This document shows positions 34,078 through 45,895 of a stretch of 64,000 nt of DNA, one piece after another. Made by a program: the position numbers and the translations under genes. The notes beneath the pieces were generated by a model, which did not search any database, had not been told where the DNA came from, and saw nothing but the letters and a program-made list of their open reading frames with translations. Within the stretch, counting starts at the first letter, position 1; every line of letters begins with the position of its first letter. Origin of the DNA: Eledone cirrhosa (taxonomy: Eukaryota); contig OZ024746.1 of NCBI GenBank assembly GCA_964016885.1, positions 70,060,001-70,124,000 on the forward strand. Reading direction: 5' to 3'.

Positions 34078-34622
34078 AAGTGTATATGTGTGGTATGTGT
34101 GTGTGTGTCTGTGGACGAGTGCGTGTGTATGTTTGCGTGACCGTGTGTCTATATGTGAGCGTCAGCGTATGAGTGTGTGTGTGAGTGCGTATGTGTGTGT
34201 ATGTGAGTGCGTATGTGTGTGAATGTGTGTGCTATGTGTTTGTGTGTGCGTGTGGACGAGTGCGTGTGCATGTGTGCGTGAGCGTGTGTGTGTGTATAAG
34301 CGTATGTGTATATGTGAGCGTGTCAGTGTGTATGTGAGTGCGTGTGTGTGTGTGTGTGTGTGTGGTATGTGTGTGTGTGTGTGCGTGCGGACCACTGCAT
34401 GTGCATGTGTGCGTGAGCGCGTGTGTGTGTGTATAAGCGTGTGTGTATATGTGAGCGTGAGCGTGTCAGTGTGTGTGTGAGTGCGTATGCGTGTGTTTGT
34501 GTGTACGTGCGGACGACTGCGTGTGCATGTGTGCGCGAGCGTGTGTGTGTATGAGCGTGTGTGTATATGTGAGCGTGAGCGTGTGAGTGTGTATGTGAGT
34601 GCGTATGTGTGAGTGTATGTGT
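34078..34622. repeat. Degenerate (GT)/(GC) compound repeat with internal duplications
   Basis: GGACGAGTGCGTGTG-like motif recurs at roughly 120-145-bp spacing. Confidence 0.85.
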
Positions 34623-34885
34623 AATTTGTGTTGGAAGAAGTAGGTAAGACTTAAAACATTGATTTTCTTCTGCCTTCCACACTTTGGAGGCCAGAAGATA
34701 TATTTTAGTTCGATTATAATATAGTTTCTGTCTACTCAATCTCAATTTCGCTCACAAGACATGGATCGACCCAATACTATGGTAAATAGTCCTTGCCTCT
34801 AATTCTGAGTGGGGTCGAAACTTGGACATTGGGAAGGAAATTTCTTAACCATCCGCTCATGCTGCGCTCAAGAAAGCAATGGTAA

Positions 34886-35090
34886 ATAATTGTTTATAGT
34901 TTAGGCACAAGGCCAACAATTTGAACGGGGGTGGGGGGGGGGGGGGGGTCGATTAAATCTACCCCAGTGCATTACTGGTTCTTTATTTATAAGGATGAGA
35001 GGCAAAGCTAACCTTGGCAGGATTTGAACTCAGAACGTAAAGGTCCGCAACTCTATGCTACGAAACATGGTGTCCGATGCGCTAACGATA
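34886..35090 (-). mobile_element. SINE family A (long, older)
   Basis: Reverse match, with a poly-G expansion. Confidence 0.8.
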
Positions 35091-35159
35091 CAACGGTAAA
35101 TGATGACTGACAGTAATAGACATATTAACAGCGATAACCGGAGGGTTAAATGGGAAGCA

Positions 35160-35337
35160 AATAATTGTTTCTACTTTTGGCACAAGGCCAGCAATTACAC
35201 AGTACATTACTGGTACTTTATTTTATCGACCCCGTAAGGATGAAAGGCAAAGTTAACCTCGGCGGGATTTGAACTCAGTTCGTAACTGTGCTGCAAAGCA
35301 TGGCGTCTGACCCTCTACCGATACTGCCAATCCACCT
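35160..35337 (-). mobile_element. SINE family A with target-site duplication
   Basis: AATGGGAAGCAAATAAT on both sides (about 35149-35165 and 35340-35356). Confidence 0.93.
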
Positions 35338-35580
35338 CCAATGGGAAGCAAATAATAGTATGTATTGTTAAGTATTAATTAACATTTATAACGTAATATG
35401 AATCGTATGTTTTTAAAATATAAAATTATTTAAAGTATACAGAACTGCGACATTTTCTTCTGCTCTATATCTTTTTGTTGTTCAAGCCGTTTTCATGGGG
35501 TTAAAATTATACCTCTGAGAGAAAAGCTTATCTTTTTGGTTGAGAAGTCAGAGCGAAGTAGCATTCAAAGAGTGGATGAG

Positions 35581-35619
<39 letters not shown>

Positions 35620-36455
35620 AAGAGAGAGAGAGAGAGTAGGGGTTGGGTGGGGTGGGAGAATGTGATTGCTTTCGTTAGGTGATGCAATTTAATTACATAA
35701 AAGAAAATAATGATTTATAAAAATAAAACTATTAATTAACAAATAATGAATTTCTTTAACTGAAAATAAAATACCTAAGAATGTAATACTGTATTTCTAT
35801 ACAAGAAAATAAAATGGTTTATGATGTGTTCGTGACTGAAATTACGATTATACAATATAAGATAATTTAATACTTCTGAAATGGTATTATAAGTGAAGAC
35901 GTGAAAGGATATAGATAAGATAATTTAAGGTTATGGATTAACAGATAAGTTTTAGTGGTGTGTAATCAGTTTGTTATAAAACAATTTTGGTGATAATATG
36001 AAGTGAACAATGCTAACGTGTGTTCGATAAGACAAGTTCAAATTCAATACCATTGTCCGGAATTATTTTCACGGAACTACATAAACAATACCGATACATT
36101 GATAATTTCATAATGACTGCACATCTACTGTTACTTCTGGGCAGAGAATTAAAGACATAACTAGCTTAAAGTTGTCCGAGATTTAGTTGATAACGTTTAT
36201 TTCATTAGAACTGTAGTAATATAAATACATAACTTGCATATTAGTCGGATATTTCGCGATAAGATACAACAAGCCTTAAGATAAACCATATACAACATAT
36301 AGATTGTATAATTTGGTGCTACTAACTAATCTCTTTTACAAGACAATCCTCTCTTCTAACTTTGTGTATCTAGCAGAACTAAGTACAGCTGAATCAGCTT
36401 TCCTTGTTCCAGTATCCAAACACTTTACAAACAGTGATCCGTTAACATAGATATG

Positions 36456-36704
36456 TATTCTCTACACACAATACAGGCCCAGACATAAATGTCTGGCTAA
36501 GGATTTCGTTTCGTAGCTACGTTGTTTGGGGTTTGTTCACACTGCATGCACTCTTGGGCAAATCAACAGAGGAAAAGACAACAAACGAAAACAAGGCAAA
36601 ACAAAAAACAATATATTATATATATATATATATATATATAATCAGTTATAATTTAAAGTATATATATATATAATATATATATATATGTGTGTATATATAC
36701 ACAA

Positions 36705-36742
<38 letters not shown>

Positions 36743-36902
36743 TTATATTGTTTTTCGTTTTGCCTTGTTTTCGTTTGTCTTTTCCTCTGTTGATTTACCC
36801 AAGAGTGCTGCATGCAGTGTGAGCAAACCCCAAACAACGTAGCTACGAAACGAAATCCTTAGCCAGACATCTATGTCTGGGCCTGTATTGTGTGTAGAGA
36901 AT

Positions 36903-36903
<1 letters not shown>
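36456..36903. repeat. Inverted duplication, ~158-bp arms around a microsatellite spacer
   Basis: 36456-36614 is the reverse complement of 36745-36903 with a few substitutions and indels. Confidence 0.92.
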
Positions 36904-36957
<54 letters not shown>

Positions 36958-37135
36958 AAACCACCTGCCTCTTTGAGGTCAAATACCAACCCTACTACCA
37001 TCTACAAACTGACCAATGAGAATCAAGACTATTCCTGCTGACAACATTAAATTATTCCTAACAAGCTCATATGTCCCAAGGCTCTGATACCATCAACACT
37101 ATAAACACAGAGCTGGCATATCTAAGAACTGACTA

Positions 37136-37191
37136 ACTGCCTGATGAGGTCATAGCCATTCAATGGCTATCATCGAAATATATATAGCAGT
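37136..37191 (+). ncRNA. Type I hammerhead ribozyme, apparently intact
   Basis: ACTGC-CTGATGA-GGTcATAGCCATT(C)AATGGCTATcATC-GAAA-T(ATAT)A-TA-GCAGT: 5-bp stem I, long stem II closed by G-C, palindromic loop 3, AUA triplet (cut after 37186); AATAAA at 37193. Lies in an insert 36956-37236 bounded by (TA)n. Confidence 0.82.
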
Positions 37192-37236
37192 AAATAAAGG
37201 ATTATGAGTTCATGCAATTGACTTATGTTTCGTCAC

Positions 37237-37850
37237 TATATATATATGTATATATATAAAGATGAAGTTTTCTGTGTGTGTGTGTGTGTGTGTGGGCAAT
37301 TTTTAATGAGGGCTCATATATTCTAAACCATTCATGCGATTTCTTTGAAATTTTTTACAGAGCTTCTCCTTGCACAAAACCTGTACATGATCTACAAAGG
37401 CTTTCAAAAATCGATATTGGGGCCTTTGGAGACATTAAAAAATTTCGGTTATTTGTGTAGATTTTCGTGATTAAGTAAGACAAGAGTTATCTTTAAGGAA
37501 GACAAGAGTTATCTTTCGTCAATACAATAGAAACTATTTTTGATGTTCGGATTTTGATTATTACAATTCGGCTCATTCGAATTTTACTTTACTCTTTGTA
37601 CTTGAAATAAAAGGTACGCTTCCTTGAGACTAACAATATCATTTTGTATATTTCACAACCAACAATTTCTAACAGATTACTAATGGATGACACCGACCTC
37701 ACATATTAATTATTTCGCTGGAATAGTGCCTAAGGTTTTCATGTTTACATAAAATACATTTTTCTCCTATGTATTCATATTTACTTTGTTTAGTTTAATG
37801 AGCTACATCGAAAGCTACTTGAACCGTTCAAAGGACTGGTACTTTAGCTA

Positions 37851-37851
<1 letters not shown>
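37237..37851 (+). mobile_element. Non-autonomous Helitron-like element
   Basis: 5' TATATATATAAAGATGAAG followed by (TG)n; 3' imperfect hairpin, then GGTACTTTAGCTAG ending in CTAG at 37848-37851. Confidence 0.5.
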
Positions 37852-37907
<56 letters not shown>

Positions 37908-37914
37908 CATATGT

Positions 37915-37953
<39 letters not shown>

Positions 37954-38042
37954 CATATGTATACATATATATATCATATATATATATATATATATACATA
38001 TACATATGTATACATATATATCTCATATACATATATATATAC

Positions 38043-38093
<51 letters not shown>

Positions 38094-38170
38094 TATGCAT
38101 GTATATGTATATGTATATGTATATACATATACATATATATACATATATATATATATACATATATGTGTAA

Positions 38171-38222
<52 letters not shown>

Positions 38223-38281
38223 ATATATATATGTATGTATATGTATATGTATATACATATATATATATATACACCCCCCCC

Positions 38282-38319
<38 letters not shown>

Positions 38320-38431
38320 TAAGAGGAATTCCAACTTTGTCTGATTTACTCGTTTTATTTACAATCCTTTAAAATTTATAATGTTATTATAATGAAATAG
38401 TATGGTAGAATATTAAATGTTAAGTGTTAAT

Positions 38432-38470
38432 TGAACAAGTACTTTCATGCTTTCGCAATCTTCAGGTTCA
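38432..38470 (-). ncRNA. Minimal type I hammerhead (inverted copy)
   Basis: Exact reverse complement of 38627-38665. Confidence 0.72.
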
Positions 38471-38626
38471 TAATGTATGGTGACAGTCAAGTTTGCAATT
38501 TTCAACTGCAAACTTGAGTGTCACCACACTTTTCAATTGCAAACTTGACTGTCACCACAATTTTCAATTGCAAACTTGACTGTCACCACAATTTTCAATT
38601 GCAAACTTGACTGTCACCACACATTA

Positions 38627-38665
38627 TGAACCTGAAGATTGCGAAAGCATGAAAGTACTTGTTCA
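38627..38665 (+). ncRNA. Minimal type I hammerhead (39 nt, predicted dimer-dependent)
   Basis: TGAAC-CTGAAGA-T-TGC(GAAA)GCA-T-GAAA-G(TA)C-TT-GTTCA: 5-bp stem I, GNRA-capped stem II with U.U closure, palindromic AAGTACTT stem III, CUU triplet. Confidence 0.72.
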
Positions 38666-38816
38666 ATTAACACTTAACATTTAATATTCTATCATACTAT
38701 TTCATTATAATACCATTATAAATTTTAAAGGATTGTAAATAAAACGAGTAAATCAGACAAAGTTGGAATTCCTCTTATTAATATAATCTTCTATACACAA
38801 TCATACACACCCGTGT

Positions 38817-38924
<108 letters not shown>

Positions 38925-39152
38925 TATAGGGTCATGTTGACAATAAAACACACGCACTAGTTGGTTTTCGGATATATTATTATAAGTTCGAGTGGTAACT
39001 AATTCACTCTTAATAATTGGTCTGTTCTTTAGTTTTCTTGTGTAGTTGTCAAATCCGTTTCGTTAATCATTTGTGACGCCACTAATTACTATTTGTGTTC
39101 CTCTGTGCCCCCTTTTCATTCTGCTCTATTTTTGTCTACTCTATATTGTCTG

Positions 39153-39530
39153 ATGACTGGAACCAGTAAAAGAATGTGGTGCCCTAGCATGGCTACAGTC
39201 GAATGACTAAAACCAGTAAAATTATTTGGTGCTTCAGCATTGTCACAGTCTAATGACGGAAACAAGTAAAATTATTTGGTGCCCCAGCATGGCCACAGTT
39301 GAATGAATGAAACCAGTAAAAGAATGTGGTGCTCCAGCATAGCCAGAGTCCAATGACTGAAACCAATAAAAGAATATGGTGCTCCTTCATAGCCACAATT
39401 AAATGACTGAAACCAGTACGAGAATGTCCCACCCAGCATAACTAATGACAGAAACTAGCAAGAAACTAGCAAGAAACTAGCAAGAAACTAGCAAGAAACT
39501 AGCAAGAAACTAGCAAGAAACTAGCAAGAA
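39153..39530. repeat. 50-bp minisatellite (about 5.5 copies) followed by 11-bp (AAGAAACTAGC)x7
   Basis: ATGAC/ATGAA recurs at 39153, 39203, 39253, 39303, 39353 and 39403; the unit resembles the dispersed-repeat tail at 40393-40440. Confidence 0.9.
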
Positions 39531-42360
39531 AAAATAATATGAGAATGGTATAGATCTATCAGAAATAAGAGAATGTTATGTTTGTAAGATACATAAATTA
39601 TAAAAACAAAATAAAGAAAGGAACCATTCGTCAGATCAAACCAAGAAAACTACGTTTCCACTGGCCTTTCTAGAAAGAAGTGGGATTTGAACTCAGAACG
39701 TACAGAGCCAGATCAAATACAACAAAACATCATATCCAACCATTTTACAATTCTGATGAAATGTAAAGTTGACCTCGGTGCATTTCGAACTCAGAGCTCA
39801 AGTAGAAATACCGAGACATGTTTATCCGATACTTTAAGGGCTCGTCGCGTATAAACTTTGTTTAAAAATGGACGTTGTCATAGATAGAACACCATAGATC
39901 AGATGTGTGCTCAGTAGTGGCTGAGCTGAGGCTAAACAACAGCAAAGATTTTAATTTTATTAGTTTCCTATCAACAAAATAGTCCTCTCTTCACAAAACA
40001 CAAATAGAATGGAAAGGTTTGTCTAAAGTTTAAACTCTGTCTCGTTCAGACCGGTGCTCCTCTCGGTTTCTATGACATTAAGTGGGGTTAAAAGTGTTGG
40101 AGGGTCATATGGTTTTAACTGGTAAATTGGTTGTGTTGGTGAGTGTGTGTATGTTGCTGAAGACATAGGGCGTGTTAGTGCGGAGGGGTGTGATGAGCAA
40201 GACTAAAAGAAAAGGGGTGAGGAACTTAGACCCTTTTCGGTCCAGTGTGTGTGCGTGCATGTGCGTGTGAGTGTGTAAGTGTGTGTTTGCGCTTACTGCT
40301 TATGTCCCGTAACTTAGTGATGCGACATATAGAGATCGACAAAATAAATATCAAACATGAAGTCAATATGATAGACTAAATCTCTTCCAGGCGATACTCC
40401 AGCATGGCCGCAGTCAGATGATTGAAAGCAGTGAAAGAAATTTATTAAAAAAAAGTGAAAAGAAAGAAACATAATAATTATTATACTTGTCAAGAACAAC
40501 ATTCGGAAAACATTCGGAAACACTGATTAAATTAATGAAATGGTGTCAAAGACATCATTTGTTCAGTCAGCCGTTAAATTACTTTGGTCTCTTAGACATC
40601 ATCTTGACATCTTTCAAACGACGCATTGAAAAACAAGAAAGCAAAATGGAAAGCTAAACACAATTACGTGGATTCATTGGTGTAACGTTTAATGAACCTT
40701 CAATCTCTTTTCCATATAGCGTAACAATTATCGACTCACCAAAATAATATCTTTCGTTATTATAACATCATGTTCGGGCGTCTGTAACTAATATGACCAA
40801 TGAATATTAAAACAAAAACCATTTGTCTAGACAACTGCCCGGCCAACAATTTAAAGCAATGTCCTCTACAATCATATCTTTGTTCTCACTAGACGCAAGT
40901 TCACTTCAATTACGTAGATTCTACCCTTGAGAAAAATATGGACGTTATTATAACTGTTATTTTGGAAATAAAAATAGCAAATTCAAGTAAAAAAAATCAG
41001 GTCGATTTTGTTAAATTCAATTTAATATGCACTGCCTGATGTTTAGAGTGTTTGAGTCATGATCATAGAGTCGTAGGTTCCATCCACAGACCGGGCCGTA
41101 CATTACGTTTTTCAGCAAGGTTCTTCATTTTAAGTTGCTACAGTTCATTCAGGAGCCGCTGGAGATTAACCTTGCAACAGACTCTACTACTCTAAATCAC
41201 TTAACTCCACATGATAGGATGACAGCCTGGCACTCTACTTCGCCTAAGCCCACATAAAAGGACGAAGGTTTGACATTCTAAATCATTTAACCCCGCGTTA
41301 AAGAATGACGGTTTGACACTCTAAATGGCTTAACATAACACAAAATGATGAGGGGGATCTCGTACTCTCAGCTGCTTCACTCCAGTGAAGCCGAGATAAG
41401 CTTCGAGTTGGTGAACGTCTGAGCTTGAGACATATTTTAACTTAAACGTTTCATCGATGCAAAGTAAGATATATATGTTTCAAATTTTGCTATCAGACGA
41501 GAGAATTACCGAAATAAATTAGATATGTTAAAGTATCCGATGTGTTCTATTATTTTGGTTCACATTACCGTATTTAGTTACCAATTAATGTTTATTAGTT
41601 AAAAATAGAAATATCTTCTTCAGAAGAGCCATATTAATTCTAGAGAAACGGAGAAAAAAAGGAATCAAACGCCAATATTAGAAATTTTAGTAAGAGTGAG
41701 GAATAGAGATCGTTAGTTGACAACTACTTCACTTCAGACTAGAGTTTTATCAACGATCCTCTTATATCTTTAAATTTCACTTGAATCAACGATAAAATAT
41801 TTCACATACATCTCTCCATTTGATATTTTTACATTGTTGACAGAGAGAAATGTAATCCTTCCAGTCCGTTAATGTTAGCTAAAAGAAAAGAAATGTTGAG
41901 AACGTTGAACTGACTGAGTGGTAAAGTAGTTCACTTTATAATCCCTTTTTTCCGTGTTCGATTCCACAACATGACACTTTGGGCAAGTGTCTTCTTGATA
42001 CAGTTTCAATAGAAGTTGCTATACTGAAACAGCACACTAGCTCGCCGTGTACGCACACACACTCACATGTATACTGCAACTTAAAGCCAAGAGAGCCCAC
42101 ATAACTTGCAGGTCCAACTCGACCTACAGGATAGAGGAAGTCAGGAACAGGTTTGCGGATACTATTGAATCCAAACAAACACATATACATATAAAAAAGA
42201 AATAGGATTTCGCTTCAAGCATAGCTTTATACAATATGTATACATATTTCGTATCTCCAAGGAAATACGGTTTTAGGAAGCCGTAGCTATGCAAACACCG
42301 GGGGGGGGGGGGGGGGGCTAACGCTCTCTGGTGATGTACAGCAGAAGCAAGGGGGACAAA

Positions 42361-42400
42361 CGTCTATGCATTTCAGGCTTAACTGGCCTTCGTCAGGACG
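42361..42400 (-). ncRNA. Minimal type I hammerhead ribozyme, apparently intact (40 nt)
   Basis: Minus: CGTC-CTGACGA-AGGC(CAGTTAA)GCCT-GAAA-T(GC)A-TA-GACG; perfect stems I and II, palindromic ATGCAT stem III, AUA triplet. Confidence 0.8.
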
Positions 42401-42589
42401 GTCCCTCCCACCGCTTGTGACAGCTGGACTAGAAGACAGGCGAGAATATATACTTTTCTCGTCTGTGTAAATGAGGTGATTAATCTCATTTGCATATGAA
42501 GCTGCATAAGTTGTCTCAACTTATAATAAAAAAGAAATATGATTTCGATATATATTTATGTGTGCGTGTGCGTGTGCGTGTGCGCGCGC

Positions 42590-42655
<66 letters not shown>

Positions 42656-42687
42656 TAAAACAGTCCGTGAGGAGAAAAAGGAATAGC

Positions 42688-42775
42688 GCGCTCTACCCAG
42701 AACTGTTTTATTTGTATGAAATCATCAGGAATGCCTGATGATTTCTATATTAAATAATATGATATATAGAGCGTG
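42688..42775. mobile_element. Decayed fold-back of the 59.93-kb hammerhead family
   Basis: GAAATCATCAGG-aatg-CCTGATGATTTC palindrome; the right arm jumps from CTGATGATTTC to TATATTAAA, consistent with deletion between two ATTTCT repeats of the 59927 element. Confidence 0.5.
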
Positions 42776-43401
42776 TTTAAGTTTGCTTAAAGCATTGTGG
42801 AATATGAAAAATGGTCTATAAGCTTCCATAATGATATATATATATTTATATATTATTAAATGATAGAAATGTAAACAATTAATACGTGTGTTTTATATCT
42901 ATAACATCACCAATAATACTTATACTTGCACACTTATTAATCTATATAGATATTTATATACGTACAACCTGTTGTAATTTAATAAGATAAAATGTACGTA
43001 CAACCATAATTCTTCATATAATCTAATTGATTATATATATAATATTATAACTCATAATGTAGCTAAATTTCTTTTTAAAATCCTGGAATCATATTCCACC
43101 ATTCCAACAAACTGTTAATTCTTTTTAAATTCACGTAAATACAAGCTTGTCTTTCTTTCTCTTTCTCTTTCCTATACATACATATATATATATCCTAATA
43201 ATTATTTAAATCTACCTAGCGTCCAAAAATAACGTTTTTTTTCAGGACTGTACCTCAACCTCATTTGCATATTTATTTTAATAATTTCAAATATTCGACT
43301 TTTCCTCTCTTTCCCCTTTTTCCTTTTACTATCCAGGAAAAACTTGAACCGTTAAGATCTTCTTCCTGGATATGTCAATATTTATAAAACAAACTTTGTA
43401 T

Positions 43402-43455
43402 TTTATCTGATGAGAGCGTACCAAAGTTTTGTACCCTTGATATATATATAATAGA
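43402..43455 (+). ncRNA. Hammerhead with inactivating GAAA-to-GATA change (same family as 59614-59669)
   Basis: TTTAT-CTGATGA-GAGcGTAC...GTACcCTT-GATA-T(ATAT)A-TA-ATAGA, then AATAAA; flanks align with 59560-59705. Confidence 0.65.
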
Positions 43456-43498
43456 ATAAATATGGTTTATAAAAATAGTTTCCATTTATTATATATAT

Positions 43499-43691
43499 AG
43501 GAAAAATTATGAGCCCGACGGCAGAGCTCAAGCCGTTTCGACGGCTATTTCTGGACTCCAGAAATAGCCGTCGAAACGGCTTGAGCTCTGCCGTCGGGGT
43601 CATAATTTTTCCTATTTCCCACTCTACTACCCTAAGTATTGAGTACTCTGGTGCGTTATGGTCCATCTGGTTCCTTACCACAATTCCTTTG

Positions 43692-43693
<2 letters not shown>
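43499..43693 (+). mobile_element. Fold-back half-hammerhead element (GTC family)
   Basis: 57-bp arms meet at 43556; the right arm carries GAAA-CGGC(TTGAGCTCT)GCCG-TC-GGGG at 43573-43599; (TA)n on both sides. Confidence 0.85.
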
Positions 43694-43734
<41 letters not shown>

Positions 43735-43808
43735 AAGAAAAGAGTTCTAAATACAGGAAACAAAGATATCTTATATATATAAATTGAAAACCTGGAAACA
43801 TCCAAAGA

Positions 43809-43929
<121 letters not shown>

Positions 43930-44185
43930 TTTCGGTCATCTATGTGAACATAGGATATATTAACATCAATCAGTGTTTTATGAACGAATTAATTTCACAT
44001 ATTTATTCTGCATCGATTTTATAGGCGCTTCCTTTTCACTCTCGTCCTCAGAAATGATGTTAATGGACCTCCGTTGGTTCCAACGATGAGTGTTCCACTT
44101 GTTTGTTCAGTGGAATAGCCTGATAAACGTACAAAGTTAATAAGGGTTGAAGAAAGGGTATATATACTGACGAATGTGGCAGATA

Positions 44186-44372
44186 AATAATTGTTTCTAC
44201 GTTTGGCACAAGGCCAGAAATTACCCAGAGCATTACTGGTACTTTATTTTATCGACCCCGTAAGATGAAGGGCAAAGTTAACCTCGGCGGGATTTGAACT
44301 CAGAATGGCAAGGGCCGTAACTCTATACGTCAAAGCATAGCGTCCGACCCTCTACCGATACTGCCAATCCAC
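44186..44372 (-). mobile_element. SINE family A
   Basis: Reverse match to consensus; very close to 20025-20216. Confidence 0.9.
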
Positions 44373-44596
44373 TAATGAAAAGCAGAGGTGATCGAAGAGC
44401 GGGCGTGCACACATTTATAAACATGCACCTATATGCACACACACACACACATATATATAGATACACATACATACACATACACATATATGCACACAAACAT
44501 ATATATACACATACATATATATATACTCACACCATACGTTTGCACAAGCATATATATGCACACACACACATATGCACATATATATATATATAATAT

Positions 44597-44837
44597 AACA
44601 AAGGAATTGTGGTAAGGAACCAGATGGACCATAACGCACCAGAGTACTCAATACTTAGGGTAGTAGAGTGGGAAATAGGAAAAAGTAAGACCCCGACGGC
44701 AGAGCTCTAGCCGTTTCGACGGCTATTTCTGGACTAAAATTCGACGGCTATTTCTGGACTAAATTTTGACGGCTATTTCTTAGTCCAGAAATAGCCGTCG
44801 AAACGGCTAGAGCTCTGCCGCCGGGGTCTTACTTTTT

Positions 44838-44840
<3 letters not shown>
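44597..44840 (-). mobile_element. Fold-back half-hammerhead element (GTC family) with triplicated apex
   Basis: Same termini as 43499-43693; GACGGCTATTTCT(GGACTAAA) is reiterated three times at about 44716-44780. Confidence 0.85.
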
Positions 44841-44888
<48 letters not shown>

Positions 44889-45613
44889 TCGCACATATAT
44901 GCACACCACCATATATGTCCATACATGCACGTTGGCACACTCAAGTAATTTGCGCCTGCTGCAACAATAACGAATGCTTATAGCGTTTGTGTGAAGTTAC
45001 ATTTACTTTTCATCTTTTCGTTTATTTTTTTTATGAATAGAACAGACATATGAAAACATCTATACCTTTTATTTCCTTTTTCTCAAATTACTCCTTTCTT
45101 TAATATCATATTTATAGTGTTTGAGTATGAACAAAATTATGAATCGTTTTAACGAAATGCGGGCGTAGTGGATATTGTTATTGATTTTTATATATTTATT
45201 TGTATATTTTTATTCATATATTTATATATCTTTATTTATTTACCTACTGCTGCTCACAGCGATACGACGATGGACCACCGTCAGTTTCGACGTTGAGTGT
45301 TCCAGTTGTTCATGAAATGAACGTGGGAGTGACTGGGTATTCTACAAACTCGTGTACCCTTAACGTAATTATGAAAGATATTCAACGTGACACTCTATGA
45401 CATGGCTGGTCCTTTGATCCTTTGACTTAAAAGTACAGATCATCTAGCGGGCCCCGAAACAGAATTTTTTCTGTAGGAGTAGGGAATGGTTAAAGTAGAG
45501 AATGTTCGAAAAGAATCCCAAAGCACCGAAATGTCATGATCATTTTAAACCTGGCAAGGCACATCCCTCTCCTGGTCTGAAACCAGTCCTGTTCTTACAG
45601 AGAGAGAAAGAGC

Positions 45614-45719
<106 letters not shown>

Positions 45720-45769
45720 TTGAGAAAGACATATAGAGGAAGAATCAACCCTAGTATCAGCGTACAACT

Positions 45770-45895
45770 CTATTTATCGACACCAAAAGAATGAAAACCA
45801 AAGCTGACTTGGGTGGGATTTGAACTCTGAGCACAGAGAGTCTGGACAAATACTGCAAAGCTTACAATCTGACATGCTAACGACTTTGCCAATTC
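45770..45895 (-). mobile_element. Old SINE family A-related copy
   Basis: TTTATCGAC...GGGATTTGAACTC...TGCCAATTC. Confidence 0.6.

Noticed and set aside
36956-37135. PLE RT or GIY-YIG coding remnants upstream of the hammerheads (also 24680-24990)
   Set aside because: The frames translated by hand show multiple stops and no recognisable motif, so the PLE assignment rests on RNA structure and architecture only.
39148-39175. CTGATGA at the start of the 50-bp array
   Set aside because: No GAAA/stem III/NUH arrangement; part of the tandem unit.
42486-43271. Two TCATTTGCATA octamer-containing motifs
   Set aside because: Plausible by chance in AT-rich DNA; no supporting context.
44018-44055. Minus-strand CTGAGGA...GAAAAGG...CCT
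   Set aside because: No stem II and no correct U16.1 pairing.
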